Shown here: positions 9,692-37,400 of the stretch, in pieces
Layout of the letters: each line of letters starts with the position of its first letter
How positions within the stretch are numbered: the first letter of the stretch is position 1
Assembly: GCA_963716255.1 (NCBI GenBank)
Contig: OY970303.1
Span: forward strand, 448,001 to 512,000
DNA from: an uncultured Gemmatimonadales bacterium
GTDB taxonomy: Bacteria > Gemmatimonadota > Gemmatimonadetes > Longimicrobiales > Longimicrobiaceae
DNA length: 64,000 bases
Direction of reading: 5' to 3'
Program-made: the position numbers and the translations under genes
The notes under the pieces: generated by a model
What the model saw: the letters and a program-made list of their open reading frames with translations, nothing else
Told to the model about the DNA's origin: nothing
Database searches by the model: none

Positions 9692-10810
9692 TCAGATGTT
9701 GCCGCGGAGGGCCTGCTCGGCCTCGAGTGACTCGAAGAGCGCCTTGATGTTCCCGGCGCCGAAGCCCTTGGCGCCGCGCCGCTCGATCACCTCCACGAAG
9801 AAGGTGGGGCGGCCCTCCAGCGGCTCCGTGAAGGTCTGCAGCAGGATGCCGTCCTCCTCGCGGTCGATCTGCACGCCCAGCTCGGAGGCGGGGATCATGT
9901 CCGCGGGGTCCACCGCGCCGATGCGCGCCTCCAGCATCTGGTAGTAGGTCTGCGGCACGCGCAGGAACTTGATGCCGTTGCCCTGGAGCGCGCGCACGAC
10001 CGTGAAGATGTCCTCGGTGAGGTAGGCTACGTGCTGGCTGCCGGCGCCCTTGTTGAAGTCCAGGTACTCCTCGATCTGCGACTTGCCCTTGGAGGGGGCG
10101 GGCTCCTGCATGGGGAACTTGATGCTCCCGGTGGGATCCTCCACCACCTTGGAGTTCATCGCGCTGCGCTCGGTCCACACCATCTCGTGCTTGGACTGGT
10201 GGAAGCCCAGCACGTTGGTGTAGAAGTCCACCTGCGCGTCCAGGTCGCCCTCGCGCAGGCTGACGGCGACGTGGTCAACCGCGAGGAGCCCGCGCCCCAG
10301 CGACGCGGCCGGGCCCATGTGGTCCACCGGCTGGTAGTGCGGGAGGAAGCGCCCGGCGTAGTCGCCGCGCTGGATGAAGGAGTGCACCGTGTCGCCGAAA
10401 GCGCCGATGGTGGCCTTGACCACCCTGCCGCCGTCGTCCGAGAAGGCGGTGGGCTCCATGATGGGGGTGGCGCCGCGGGACACCGCGGCCTCGAAGGCCT
10501 GCGCCACGTCGTCCACCGTGAAGGCCACGTCGCGGACGCCGTCGCCGTGCTGGTGCACGTGCAGCGCGATGGGGCTGTCCGGGGTGAGGCCGCTGGACAC
10601 CACCAGCCGGATGCGCCCCTGCTCGAGCGCGAAGGAGGCGCGGTCGCGCACGCCGGTGGCGAGCCCGGCTCTGCCCACGGGGCGGAAGCCGAAGATCGTG
10701 CGGTAGAAGTGCGCCGCCTGGAAGGCGTTGCCCACCCACATCTCCACGTGGTCGATGCCTCTGAGCTGGACGGCGCTCCGGGTCGCGACTTCCTCTTCGA
10801 TCTTGGCCAT
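9692..10810 (-). CDS. HPPD-family dioxygenase, probably 4-hydroxymandelate synthase (HmaS-like)
   Basis: DHVA, QHVA and EVIERRG iron-ligand motifs. AMNS and GFGAGNIKAL resemble HMS rather than HPPD (ALMS, GNFKAL). Confidence 0.8.
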   Translation of the reverse strand: MAKIEEEVATRSAVQLRGIDHVEMWVGNAFQAAHFYRTIFGFRPVGRAGLATGVRDRASFALEQGRIRLVVSSGLTPDSPIALHVHQHGDGVRDVAFTVDDVAQAFEAAVSRGATPIMEPTAFSDDGGRVVKATIGAFGDTVHSFIQRGDYAGRFLPHYQPVDHMGPAASLGRGLLAVDHVAVSLREGDLDAQVDFYTNVLGFHQSKHEMVWTERSAMNSKVVEDPTGSIKFPMQEPAPSKGKSQIEEYLDFNKGAGSQHVAYLTEDIFTVVRALQGNGIKFLRVPQTYYQMLEARIGAVDPADMIPASELGVQIDREEDGILLQTFTEPLEGRPTFFVEVIERRGAKGFGAGNIKALFESLEAEQALRGNI

Positions 10811-11152
10811 GGTTGGTTGTCCTCTGCCGGGATTGAATTCGCGGCGACGCGGGGTCGCCCTCGGGCTCTGGGTGCGGTGCTGCGACGACTCCGGCCGCCG
10901 GCGGAGCGGCTTCCGTCCGCTTCCTGTCCTCACAAGTGCGGGATGCCCGGCGGCGGGGACGCGGAAGAGCCGCGCCCGCGGGGCCTGCGCCACCGCGGTC
11001 TACGGGCGGCGCGGAGGGGCGCGCTCCCGACGTGCCCGCGCAACAGGGGTCGTATAATATTCGCATCCTGTATGCCAGGGTGCAACCCTGCCGACGGCCC
11101 GCGCGGCGATGCGAGCCGAAGCGGCCGGCCGGTATCTCCGCCCGCCGTCCGC

Positions 11153-27396
<16,244 letters not shown>

Positions 27397-27400
<4 letters not shown>

Positions 27401-30400
27401 CCCCGCCCCGCGGCCCGGCGCTCGCGCAGGATGCGCTGCACCTCCTCCGGAGACATCCCCGCCACCAGGCGCAGCATCTTCGCGGCCTTCTCGGTCTGCC
27501 CGGGGCGCGGCTCCAGCCGGGCCAGCGCCGCGGCCAGGCCGGCCACGGTGGGCGTCTCGAAGAGCACGCGCAGCGGCAGCTCCGCGTGCAGCATCCGGCG
27601 GGTGCGGGTGACGACGCGCGTGGCCAGCAGCGAGTGCCCGCCCAGCGCGAAGAAGTCGTCGTGCACGCCCACGCGCTCCACCCCCAGCACGTCCCGCCAG
27701 ATGTCCGCCAGCACCTCCTCGACCGCGGTGCGCGGTGCGGCGTACTCGCGCTCCGCGGCGGACGCGTCCGGTGCCGGGAGCGCCGCCCGGTCCGTCTTGC
27801 CGTTGGACGTCAGCGGAAGCGCCTCCAGGACCACCCAGTCCGCGGGGACCATGTAGTCCGGGAGCCGGCCCCGGAGCCAGGCGCGCAGCACCTCCACGTC
27901 CGGCCCGCGCGCGCCCTCCCCCACCACGTACGCGGCGAGCCGCCGGTCGCCCGGCGCGTCCTCGCGCGCCATGACGAACGCCTCGCGCACCGCCGGGTGG
28001 TCGGTCAGCACGGCCTCCACCTCGCCGGTCTCGATGCGGAAGCCGCGGATCTTGACCTGGAAGTCCATCCGGCCCAGGACCTCCAGGCCGGCGTCCGCCA
28101 GGCGGCGCACCCGGTCGCCGGTGCGGTACAGCCTCGCGCCGGGCTCCGCGGAGAACGGGTCCGGGACAAAGCGCTCCGCGGTGAGGTCCGGCCGCTCCAG
28201 GTAGCCGCGCGCCACCCCTTCCCCGCCGATGAAAAGCTCGCCCGGCACCCCCGCCGGCACCGGCTCGCCGTGCGGGTCCAGCACGTACAGCCGCACGTTG
28301 CCGTGGGGCGTGCCCACCGGGAGGTTGTGCCGCCGCGCGCCCCCGTCGTCCCCCGCCTCCAGCCGCAGCGTGGTCGACGTGCAAGCCGTTTCCGTGAGGC
28401 CGAAGACGTGCACCAACGGCACGCCCAGCGTCGCCCACTCCGCCAGCCGCTCCGGCGCGACGCGCTCCCCGCCCACGATCACCCAGCGCACGCACTCCGG
28501 GACGCGCCCGCCGCCGTGCACCAGGTCGTACGTCCACTCGTGCCAGTACGCCGTGGGCAGCTCCAGCCCCGTCACCCCGTGCTTGGCGATGGCGCGCGTC
28601 AGCTCCGGCGGCGAGAACAGGTCCTCCCCCGCCAGCACCACCGCCGCCCCCGCCAGCCAGGTGGGGAACAGCTCCTCCACCACCACGTCGAACCCCAGCG
28701 ACGCGAACTGGAGCACGCGGTCGCCCGCCCCCAGCCCCATCCGCGCCGCCATGTCCACCGCGAAGTTCACCACCGCCCGGTGCGGCACCGCCACCCCCTT
28801 GGGCCGCCCGGTGGAGCCGGAGGTGTAGATGACGTAGGCCAGGTTGTCGGGGGACGACGAGTGCGAAAGTACGCCCGCATCCACCGGAGTGTCGTGCTGG
28901 AGGGAGGTGTCCACCGCGACGACCTCGCCCGCGAACCACCCGAACCGGTCCGCCAGTGCTTCCTGCGTGAGCAGCACCCGCGCGCCGCAGTCCTCCAGCA
29001 CCCAGCGCAGGCGGTCCTCCGGGTAGCCAGGATCCAGCGGCACGTACGCCGCGCCCGCCTTCAGCGCCCCCAGGATCGCGGCCGGCATCTCCGGGCCGCG
29101 ATCCATGGAGATCCCCACCCGCTCCTCCGGGCCCACGCCCAGCTCCCGCAGGCGGGCGGCGACCTCCGCGGCGCGCGCGTCCAGCCCGGCAAAGGTCAGC
29201 TCGCCGCCCTCGAACACCACGGCCGGGGCGTCCGGCGCGAGGACGGCCCGTGCGGCGAAGGCTCCGTGGAGGGTGAGGTGGCGCGGGAAGTCGTACGCGG
29301 TGTCGTTCCAGCGCTCCACCACCCGCTCGCGCTCGCCGGGCGGCATCAGCGGCAGGGCGGAGACGCGGGCCGAGGGTTCCGCCGCCATCCCCTCCAGCAG
29401 GACGCGGAAGTGCTCCATCATGCGGTCCACGGTGGCCGCGTCCCACAGCTCGGCGCGGAACTCCACGCCGCAGCGCAGCCCGCCGTCCTCGCCGAAAAGC
29501 ACCAGCGCCAGGTCGAAGGGCGTCGCCCCGGTCTCCGTCGCCAGCGGCTCCACCTCCACCTCGCCCAGCCGCAGCGGCTCGCCGCCCAGCTCCGCCAGGG
29601 TGAACATCACCTGGAAGAGCGGCGTGTGCCCCAGGCTGCGCTCCACCCGCAGCTCGTCCACCAGCCGCTCGAAGGGGAGGTCCTGGTGGGTCTGCGCCTC
29701 CAGCATCCGTTCGCGCGCCTGCGCCAGCAGCTCCCGTGTGGTGGGGTCCGCGGACAGGTCGGCGCGCAGCACCAGCGTGTTGACGAAGAAGCCGATCATT
29801 CCCTCCGTCTCCAGCCGCGTGCGCCCGGCCACCGGCGTCCCCACCAGCACGTCGTCCGTGCCGGCGTAGCGGGCGAGCAGCGCCTGGAACCCCGCCAGCA
29901 GCGTCATGAACAGCGTGGCGCCCTCCCGCCGCGACAGCGCGCGCAGCGCGTCCGCCAGCTCCGCCGGGAGGTGGAAGACCCGGAAGCCTCCCTCCGGGCT
30001 CGGCGCCGCCGGGCGGGGGCGGTCCGTGGGGAGCTCCAGCAGCGGGGGGGCGCCCCGCAGCCGCTCGCGCCAGTAGGCGAGCTGCCGCCCGGTGGTCTCG
30101 CCGTCCAGCCAGCGGCGCTGCCAGGCCGCGTAGTCGGCGTACTGCACCGGCAGCTCCGGGAGCGGCGAGGGCTCGCCGTGCAGGGAGGCGCCGTACAGCG
30201 CGGACACCTCGCGCACCAGGATGGGCGTGGACCACTCGTCGCTGACGATGTGGTGCACGGTGAAGAGCGCCACCGCGTGGTCCTCGCCCAGACGGAGGAG
30301 CGTGCCCCGCAGCAGCGGCCCCGCGGCCAGGTCGAAGGGCGCCGCGGCCTCCTCGCGCGCCAGCTCGCGCACGCGCGCCTCGCGCTCCGCCTCCGGCAGC

Positions 30401-33400
30401 CCCGCCAGGTCCACCCGCCGGAAGGCGAAGGGCCCCGGCTCCAGCACCACCTGCGCGGCGTCGCCGTCCGCGCCGGGGCGGAACACCGTGCGCAGCGTCT
30501 CGTGCCGCCGGGCCACCTCCGCCACGCTCCGCTCCAGCGCCGCCACGTCCAGCCGGCCGCGCAGCCGCAGCGCCACGGGGAGGTTGTAGGCGGGGTCGCC
30601 CGGGTCCAGCTGCTCGATGAACCACAGCCGCTGCTGCGAGAACGACAGCGGCAGCGCGCCGGGCCCGTCGCGCGGCACCGGGACGATGGGAGGCGCCTGC
30701 TCTCCCGGCCCGTCGCCGCGCAGCGCCTCCACCCGCTCCGCCATGGCCCGCACCGTGGGCGACTCGAAGAGCGCGCGGATGGGCACCTCCACCTCCAGCG
30801 CGCGGCGCACCCGGGAGACCACCCGCGTCGCCAGCAGCGAGTGCCCGCCCATGCGGAAGAAGTCGTCCTCCGCGCCCACCCGCTCCACCCCCAGCACCTC
30901 CGCCCAGATCGCCGCCAGCGCCTCCTCCGTGGGCGTCCCCGGCGCCACGTAGCCCTCGTCCGGCGCGCCGCCCTCCGGCGCGGGAAGCGCCCCGCGGTCC
31001 ACCTTGCCGTTGGGGGTGAGCGGAAAGGCGTCCACGGCCACGAACGCGGACGGGACCATGAAGTCCGGGAGCCGCTCCCGCAGGTGGTCGCGAAGCTCCT
31101 CGGACGGCGCTTCCGCCCCCGGCTCCTGGACCACGTACGCCACCAGCCGCCCGTCCCCCGGGGGGTCCTCGCGCACCAGCACCAGCGCCTCGCGCACCTC
31201 GGCGTGCTCCAGGAGCTGCGCCGCCACCTCGCCGGGCTCGATGCGGAAGCCGCGCACCTTGACCTGGTGGTCGGCGCGGCCCAGGAACTCCAGGTTTCCG
31301 TCCTCCAGCCAGCGCGCGCGGTCGCCGGTGAAGTACATCCGCGCCCCCGGCATCCCCGAGAACGGGTCGGGGACGAAGCGCTCCGCCGTCAGCTCCGGCT
31401 GCCCCAGGTAGCCGCGCGCCACCCCCTCCCCGCCCACGAACAATTCCCCCGGCACCTCCGGCGACGACGGCTGCATGCGCCCGTCCAGCACGTACAGGCG
31501 CATGTTGGCGAAGGGCCGCCCAACGGGGACCATGGCGTCCGCGCCGCGCGCCGCGCCCCCTCCCTCGTAGAACGAGCTGTCCACCGTCGCCTCGGCCACC
31601 CCGTAGGCGTGGATCCAGCGCGTCCCGGGGGCGCACAGGGCGCGGACCTCCTCGTGCTCGCGCCCGTACCAGGCGTCCGAGCCCACCACCAGCAGCCGCA
31701 TGAAGTCCAGCCGCTCCCCCGTCTCACGCAGGTGCGCGGCGAGGGCGCGCAGCACCGCCGGGACGAACTCCGCGGTCTCCACCCCGTGCCGCCGCATCAG
31801 CGCGTACAGCGCGGGCGGGTCCAGCAGCGTGTCCACCGGCACGGGCACCAGCATCCCGCCGGAGCCCAGCGCCCGCAGGAAGTCCCCCGCGAACACGTCG
31901 AAGGAGAAGCTCGCCATCTGCAGGTGCACGGTCGGGCCGGGGCGCAGCTCGAAGGCCTCCTCCCACGCGTGGTAGGCGTTCACCCAGCTGCGGTGCTCCA
32001 CCTGCACGCCCTTGGGCCGGCCCGTGGTGCCGGAGGTGTAGACCACGTACGCCAGGTTCGCCGGCCGAACCCCGGTCTCCGGCGCCGCCGCGCTCTCCGC
32101 GGCGATCGCGTCCGCGTGCGCGTCCAGCAGCACCACCTCCGCCCCCACCCGCGGCAGGCGGTCCGCCACGCCCGCCTCCGCCACGAGCACGCGCGCCCCC
32201 GAGTCCGCCACCATGAACGCCAGGCGGTCCTCCGGGTAGCGCGGGTCCAGCGGCACGTAGGCGCCCCCCGCCCTGAGCACGCCCAGCACCGCCCGGAACA
32301 TCTCCGGCCCGCGCTCCACGCACACCCCCACCCGCGTCTCCGGCCCCACCCCCAGCCGGCGCAGGCGGTTCGCCAGGCGGTTCGCCGCCGCGTCCAGCTC
32401 CGCGTACGTCACCACCACGCCGCCGAGCGCCACCGCCGGGGCGTCCGGGGTGCGGGCGGCCTGCCGCGCCACCAGCTCGTGCGCGCACTCGTGCACCGGG
32501 AAATCGCGGCGGGTGTCGTTCCACTCCTCCAGCACCCGGCGCCGCTCCTCCGGCCCCAGCGGCGACACCGACGAGAGCGGACGCTCCGGGTCCGCCGCGA
32601 AGATTTCCAGCAGCGTGCCCAGGTGCTCCGGGACGCGCTCCACGAAGGCGCGGTCGAAGCGCGCCGCGTCGAACATCAGGTTGAGCGCCACCCCGCCCTG
32701 CGGCACGAACTCCGGCATCATCCCGTAGCCGGTGCGAACCGCCGCCGCGTTGCGAGCGAACCCGCTCCACTCCGTCCCCGCCGCCCGCGCCCCGCGCGTC
32801 CCCACCTCGGGGAGGTTCTGGAACACGTAGACGGTGTCGTACAGCTTTTCCGTGGGCGGGACCTCGCTCCACGCCTGGATCTGCGGCACCGACACCCAGT
32901 CGAAGTCGCGCGCCCGCGTCTGCGCGCCCTGCAGCTCGCGCAGCCACGCCGCCACCGGCTGCTCCGGCCGCACCCGCACCCGCACCCGCACCGGGACCGT
33001 GTTGATGAACATCCCCAGCGCCGTCTCCACCCCCGGCAGCGCCGGCGGCCGCCCCGAGACCACCGTCCCGAAGAGCACGTCCGCCTCCCCCGAGTACTGC
33101 GCCAGGAGGAGCGCCCACGCGCCCTGGAGGACCGAGTTCAGCGTCACCCCGTGGGGGCGAAGCGCCTCGCGCGCGCGCGCCACCAGCGCCTCCGGGAGCT
33201 GCGTCTCCAGCACCTCCGGCAGCTCGTCCCCCTCCGCCGCCCTTTCCGGCGCCAGGCGGGTGGGCGCCGCGAAGCCGTCCAGCTGCGCGCTCCAGAACGC
33301 CCGCGCCTCCGCCTCGTCCTGCGCCGCCAGCCACGAGATGAAGTCCTGGTAGCGCCCCGGCCGGTGCAGGTCGGGCTCCCGGTCCTCCGCGAACGCCTCG

Positions 33401-33882
33401 TAGCAGGTGTACAGCTCGCGCAGCCCCAGCGCCGCCGACCAGCCGTCCAGCAGCAGGTGGTGGTAGCTCCACACCACCCGGTGCTCCGCGGGGCCCGAGC
33501 GGATGCAGGTGAGCCGCGACAGCGGCGCCGTCCCCAGGTCGAAACCGCGCGCCCGGTCCTCGCGCAGGAGCTCCGCGAAGCGCGCCTCCCGTTCGTCCTC
33601 CGGCACGCCGCTCCAGTCCGGCGTCTCGAACGGGGCCGCGGCCTCCCCGCGCACCACCTGGAGCGGCTGGTCCAGCCCCTCCCAGAAAAAGGTCGTCCTC
33701 AGGATGGGGTGGCGGTCCACCACCCGCTGCCAGGCCCGCTCCAGCACCGCCGCGTCCAGCGCGCCCTCCACCGTCCAGGTCACCTGCTCCGTGTACTCCT
33801 CCAGGTCGGCGATCTGGAGGATCCGCACGAGCATGCTCTGCTGCAGCGGGGACAGCGCGTAGACGCTTTCTACGTTCTCCAT
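27397..33882 (-). CDS. Two-module NRPS, C-A-PCP-C-A-PCP. Predicted substrates: Orn/Dab-like, then basic/capreomycidine-like
   Basis: HHLLLDG and HHIVSDE C motifs, two A domains (codes DVGEVGAVDK and DVEEIGVCTK) and two GGHSLL PCPs. Confidence 0.95.
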
Positions 33883-33933
33883 GACTTCTTTATCTATCCG
33901 TCTCGGGGCCTGTTACGGCCTTGAACCGCTGAG

Positions 33934-34061
33934 TCGGGCGTGCCCCCGGCTGCGCCGGGGTCGGGTTTCGGCTCCGTAACGCAGCAAACAACGCTGCGTA
34001 ACGGAGTCGAGCCCCGCAAACTGCGCGGGTCTCGCCCCTTCGGGCCGAAATCCCTCACGCG
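33934..34061 (+). repeat. Structured intergenic repeat, family A, copy 2
   Basis: Matches copies 1 and 3. Similarity to copy 3 extends to about 34090 (cgc.ctggcgtccgcggg.ggccc). Confidence 0.9.
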
Positions 34062-34289
34062 GCATCGCACTGGCGTCCGCGGGAGGCCCGCCGCCACGGC
34101 TCCGCATGCGATTCGTGGCGTGTTCTGCTCCCCCTGCAAACCGCGTGCGTGGCCGGGGACACGCCCGTCGCCCCGCTCATGGCAAAGAGGGGGCCCGCAC
34201 CGCGAACGACACCACCGTCGCAAAGGAGGCGAGCCCCGCCGGCGCCTCCGAACCGAGGTGCCGCGGGGTCTCGCCGCTTCGCTCTCGCA

Positions 34290-34424
34290 TCCCCCCACCC
34301 CGGCGCTGCGCGCCACCCCTCCCCCGCAAGCGAGGGAGGGGACGACTGCACGGAGTCCCGCAGTTGCCCCCTCTCCCAGAATTTGGGAGAGGGTGGCGAG
34401 CCTCAAGCGAGCCGGGTGAGGGCC
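34290..34424. repeat. Inverted pair of family B palindromic elements (intergenic)
   Basis: Units at about 34290-34341 and 34367-34424. The latter is the reverse complement of ggccctcacccggctcgcttgaggctcgccaccctctccc. Confidence 0.8.
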
Positions 34425-34464
34425 GCCGTTGCCGGCTGTTCCCTAATTCCCTTTTCCCTGCCGT

Positions 34465-37400
34465 TCAGCCTCCCTGGTCCGCCCGGCGGATCAGCATGGC
34501 CAGCTGGCCCAGCGCCGCCGCGTCCAGGCCGGCGAGCGGGAAGTCCTCCGGCGTGAAGCCCTCCGGCTCCACGGTGCGCGAGCGCTCCGCGAGCGCCCGC
34601 AGCGCCGCCGTGAACCGGTCCGCCAGCGCCCGGATCGTGGCCTCGTCGTGGGTCTCGGGCGAGTACGTCCAGGTCAGGCTCACCCCGTCGGGACCGCGCA
34701 CCGCGTCCACCTCGATCGCGTAGGCCCGCGGAGCGTCGCCGCCACGGACGGCGAACGGCGCGCCCCCGGCGATCTCCCACGGAGCCCAGGCCGCCGCCTC
34801 CGACAGGTCCGCGTAGCGGAAGGCGACCTCCGCCCGCGGCGCGGCGCGCAGCTCCTCGCCGACCTCGCCGGAGTCCAGGTGCAGCAGCACCCCGTACGAA
34901 GCGGCGTGGCCGGACAGGTGGCGCACCCGCTGCTTGGCGGCCTTGAGCACGGCCACCGGGTCGGCGTCCACGTCCACCTGCACCGGGACCGCCTGCTCCA
35001 TGCGGCCCACGGTGCGCGAGTAGTCCGCGTCCCCGGCGTCGCCGGCGCGGGGGTTGCGCGCCACGTCCACCAGCGGCGAGCGCACGCCGGTCCACCCGGC
35101 CAGCGCCGCCGCGAGCGCCGAGAGCAGCACCTCGTCCGGCTCCGCGCGGCGGGCGCGCGGCAGCTCGTCCGTGGCCTCCCGGACCAGCTCCGGGTCCAGC
35201 TCGACCGCGACCGTGCGCGCCGTTCCCTCCGTGCCGGTCCCCGCGTGGTCCGCCGGGAGCGGGGCCGACTCGTAGGGGAGCTCCCCGGCCCAGAAGTCCG
35301 CCTCCCGGGCCAGCGCCTCCGTGCCGGCCTGCGCCGCCATCCCCTCCGCCCACGCCTTGAAGGCCGTGGTCTTCGCCTCCAGCTGCGCCTCCTGCCCGCG
35401 CGACAGCTGCCCGTAGGCGGCCGCCAGGTCCTCCAGCAGCAGCGGCCAGGAGGCCGCGTCCACCACCAGCGGGTGCGCCACCAGCAGCAGGAGCTGCGGC
35501 GCGTCCGGCCCGGGGGTGAAGAGCGTGGCGTGCACCAGCGGGCCCACCGCCAGCTCCAGCCCCGCCGCCAGCCGCTCCGCCTCGCGGCGGGCGGTCTCCA
35601 CCCGCTCCGTCGCCGGCACGTCCGCCACCGGGACCTCCGCGAAGGGCATGTCCTCGCCCGCGGTGGCGCTCACCTGCTTCCACGCCTCGTCCTCGCGGGT
35701 GAACTGCAGCCGGAGCGCGTCGTGGTGCGCCACCAGTTCCCGCACCGCCCGGCCCAGGTGCCCGCCGTCCAGCGGCCGGCGGGCCTCCAGGAGCACCGCC
35801 TCGGCGGCGTAGCCCTGCCCGCCGGTGCGCTCCAGCATCCAGCGCTGCGCCGGGGCCAGCGGCACCTCGCCGAAGGTCACGCCGTGCTCCGCCTCCGCGG
35901 CCATGACCTCGCTGATCATCGCCGCCATCTCGGCGATGGTCTCGTACTGGAAGAACTGCTGCGGCGTCAGGTGCAGGCCGGCCTGCTTGCCGCGGGCCAT
36001 GATCTGGATCGCCTGCACCGAGTCGCCGCCCAGCTCGAAGAAGTTGTCGTTGACGCCCACCTCCTCCACCCCCAGGACCGCGCCCCACACCTCCGCGATG
36101 CGGCGCTCGATCTCGGTGCGGGGCGCCACGTACTCGGAGGCCAGCTCCGGGCGGTTGCTCCGCGGCCCGGACGCGTCCCCCGCGCCGCCCGCGTCCAGCA
36201 GCTTCTCGCCCACCTGCGCGTCGCCCTGCGCGATGGCCGCGTGCAGGTCGTTGGGCGACACCACCACCTGCGGCTCCAGCCGCGCCGCCAGGATCCGCGC
36301 GAAGGCGTCCACCCCCTCCTGCGGCCGGATCCCGTCGCCCGAGCCCGTGTCGCGCGACTCCCCGGCGTCCGCAGCGGCGGCGGCGTCGGCCATGCCGCGG
36401 ATCTCCGCGCCCGGGTCGTTGATGCGCTTCTGCGTGAACTTCTCCACCCGCAGGAGGGTCTCGCCCTCCTCGTTCATGATGTTGAAGTCGAAGGCGATGG
36501 TCTCCTGGTCCGCGCCCTCCTCGTCCGCCAGGTAGCGGCCGTGGGCGAAGAGCCGGCCCTCCATCTGGCGGTCCAGCGGGATCCCGCGGTACAGCATGGG
36601 CAGGTAGTAGAACTCCGGGGCCAGCCGGGCCTTGGTGATCCCGGCGGCGCGGTCCAGGATGGCGGGGTGGAAGCCCCACTTCTCCCAGTCGGCGCGGAAG
36701 GCCTCCGGCAGCTCCATCTCGATCACCAGCTCATTGGTGCCCAGGTGGATGCGGTGCACGCTCTGCCAGCGCGGTCCGAAGTCGTCCTCCCGCTCCTCCA
36801 GGGCGATGGAGGTCTGCTCCGGGCACCGCGCCAGGACGGCGGCCAGGTCGCTGCGCTCCGCGGGACGCCGGTCCTCCACCGCCACCCGGCCCAGCGCGTG
36901 CTTGCGCATGCGGCCGGCGGGGTTGTTCCCGTCCCAGCTCCAGATGGTGAAGGAGAATTCGTCGGGCCCCTCCTCGCGCAGCTCCAGCCGCGCCTCGCGG
37001 ACCTCGGTGTCCTCCAGGCGCATGGGCTCCACGAAGTAGCACTCGCGGATGGCCACGGCGCGGTCGCCGGCGTCCTCCGCCACGGCGGCGCGCAGCATCT
37101 CGAAGTACGCCACCCCCGGCATCACCGCGTTGCCGATGATGCGGTGCTCGTTCACCGGCCACTGCTTCCACACCGCGAAGTCGGTGGCGAACACCTTCCG
37201 GCCCGGCTCCTCCAGGATCAGGCGCTCCAGCAGCGGGTGGTCGTAGGTGCGCACGACGGCGGTGCCGTCTCCGCCGGCCACGGCCCCGCGGAACTCCGCC
37301 GCCATCCCCACCTCTTCCCAGCCGCCCCAGTTCACGGACACGGTGTAGGTGCCGGTGGCATTGCGGTGCCAGCGCGCGAAGGCGTCCAGGAAGGCGTTTG

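Noticed and set aside
7359..10178. 939-aa aminotransferase-dehydrogenase fusion
   Set aside because: It results from the frameshift at about 9005. The middle section is out of frame, and the dehydrogenase has its own GTG start overlapping the aminotransferase stop.
27401..31636. N-terminal extension of the 6827-aa ORF
   Set aside because: It is an off-frame read of the upstream NRPS with low-complexity R/G/A sequence. The real protein starts at 27400 or 27385.
34130..34270. c-di-GMP-I riboswitch-like GGCAAA...CGCAAA words
   Set aside because: The intervening GAAA-capped stem is absent, and the words are antisense to the operon.
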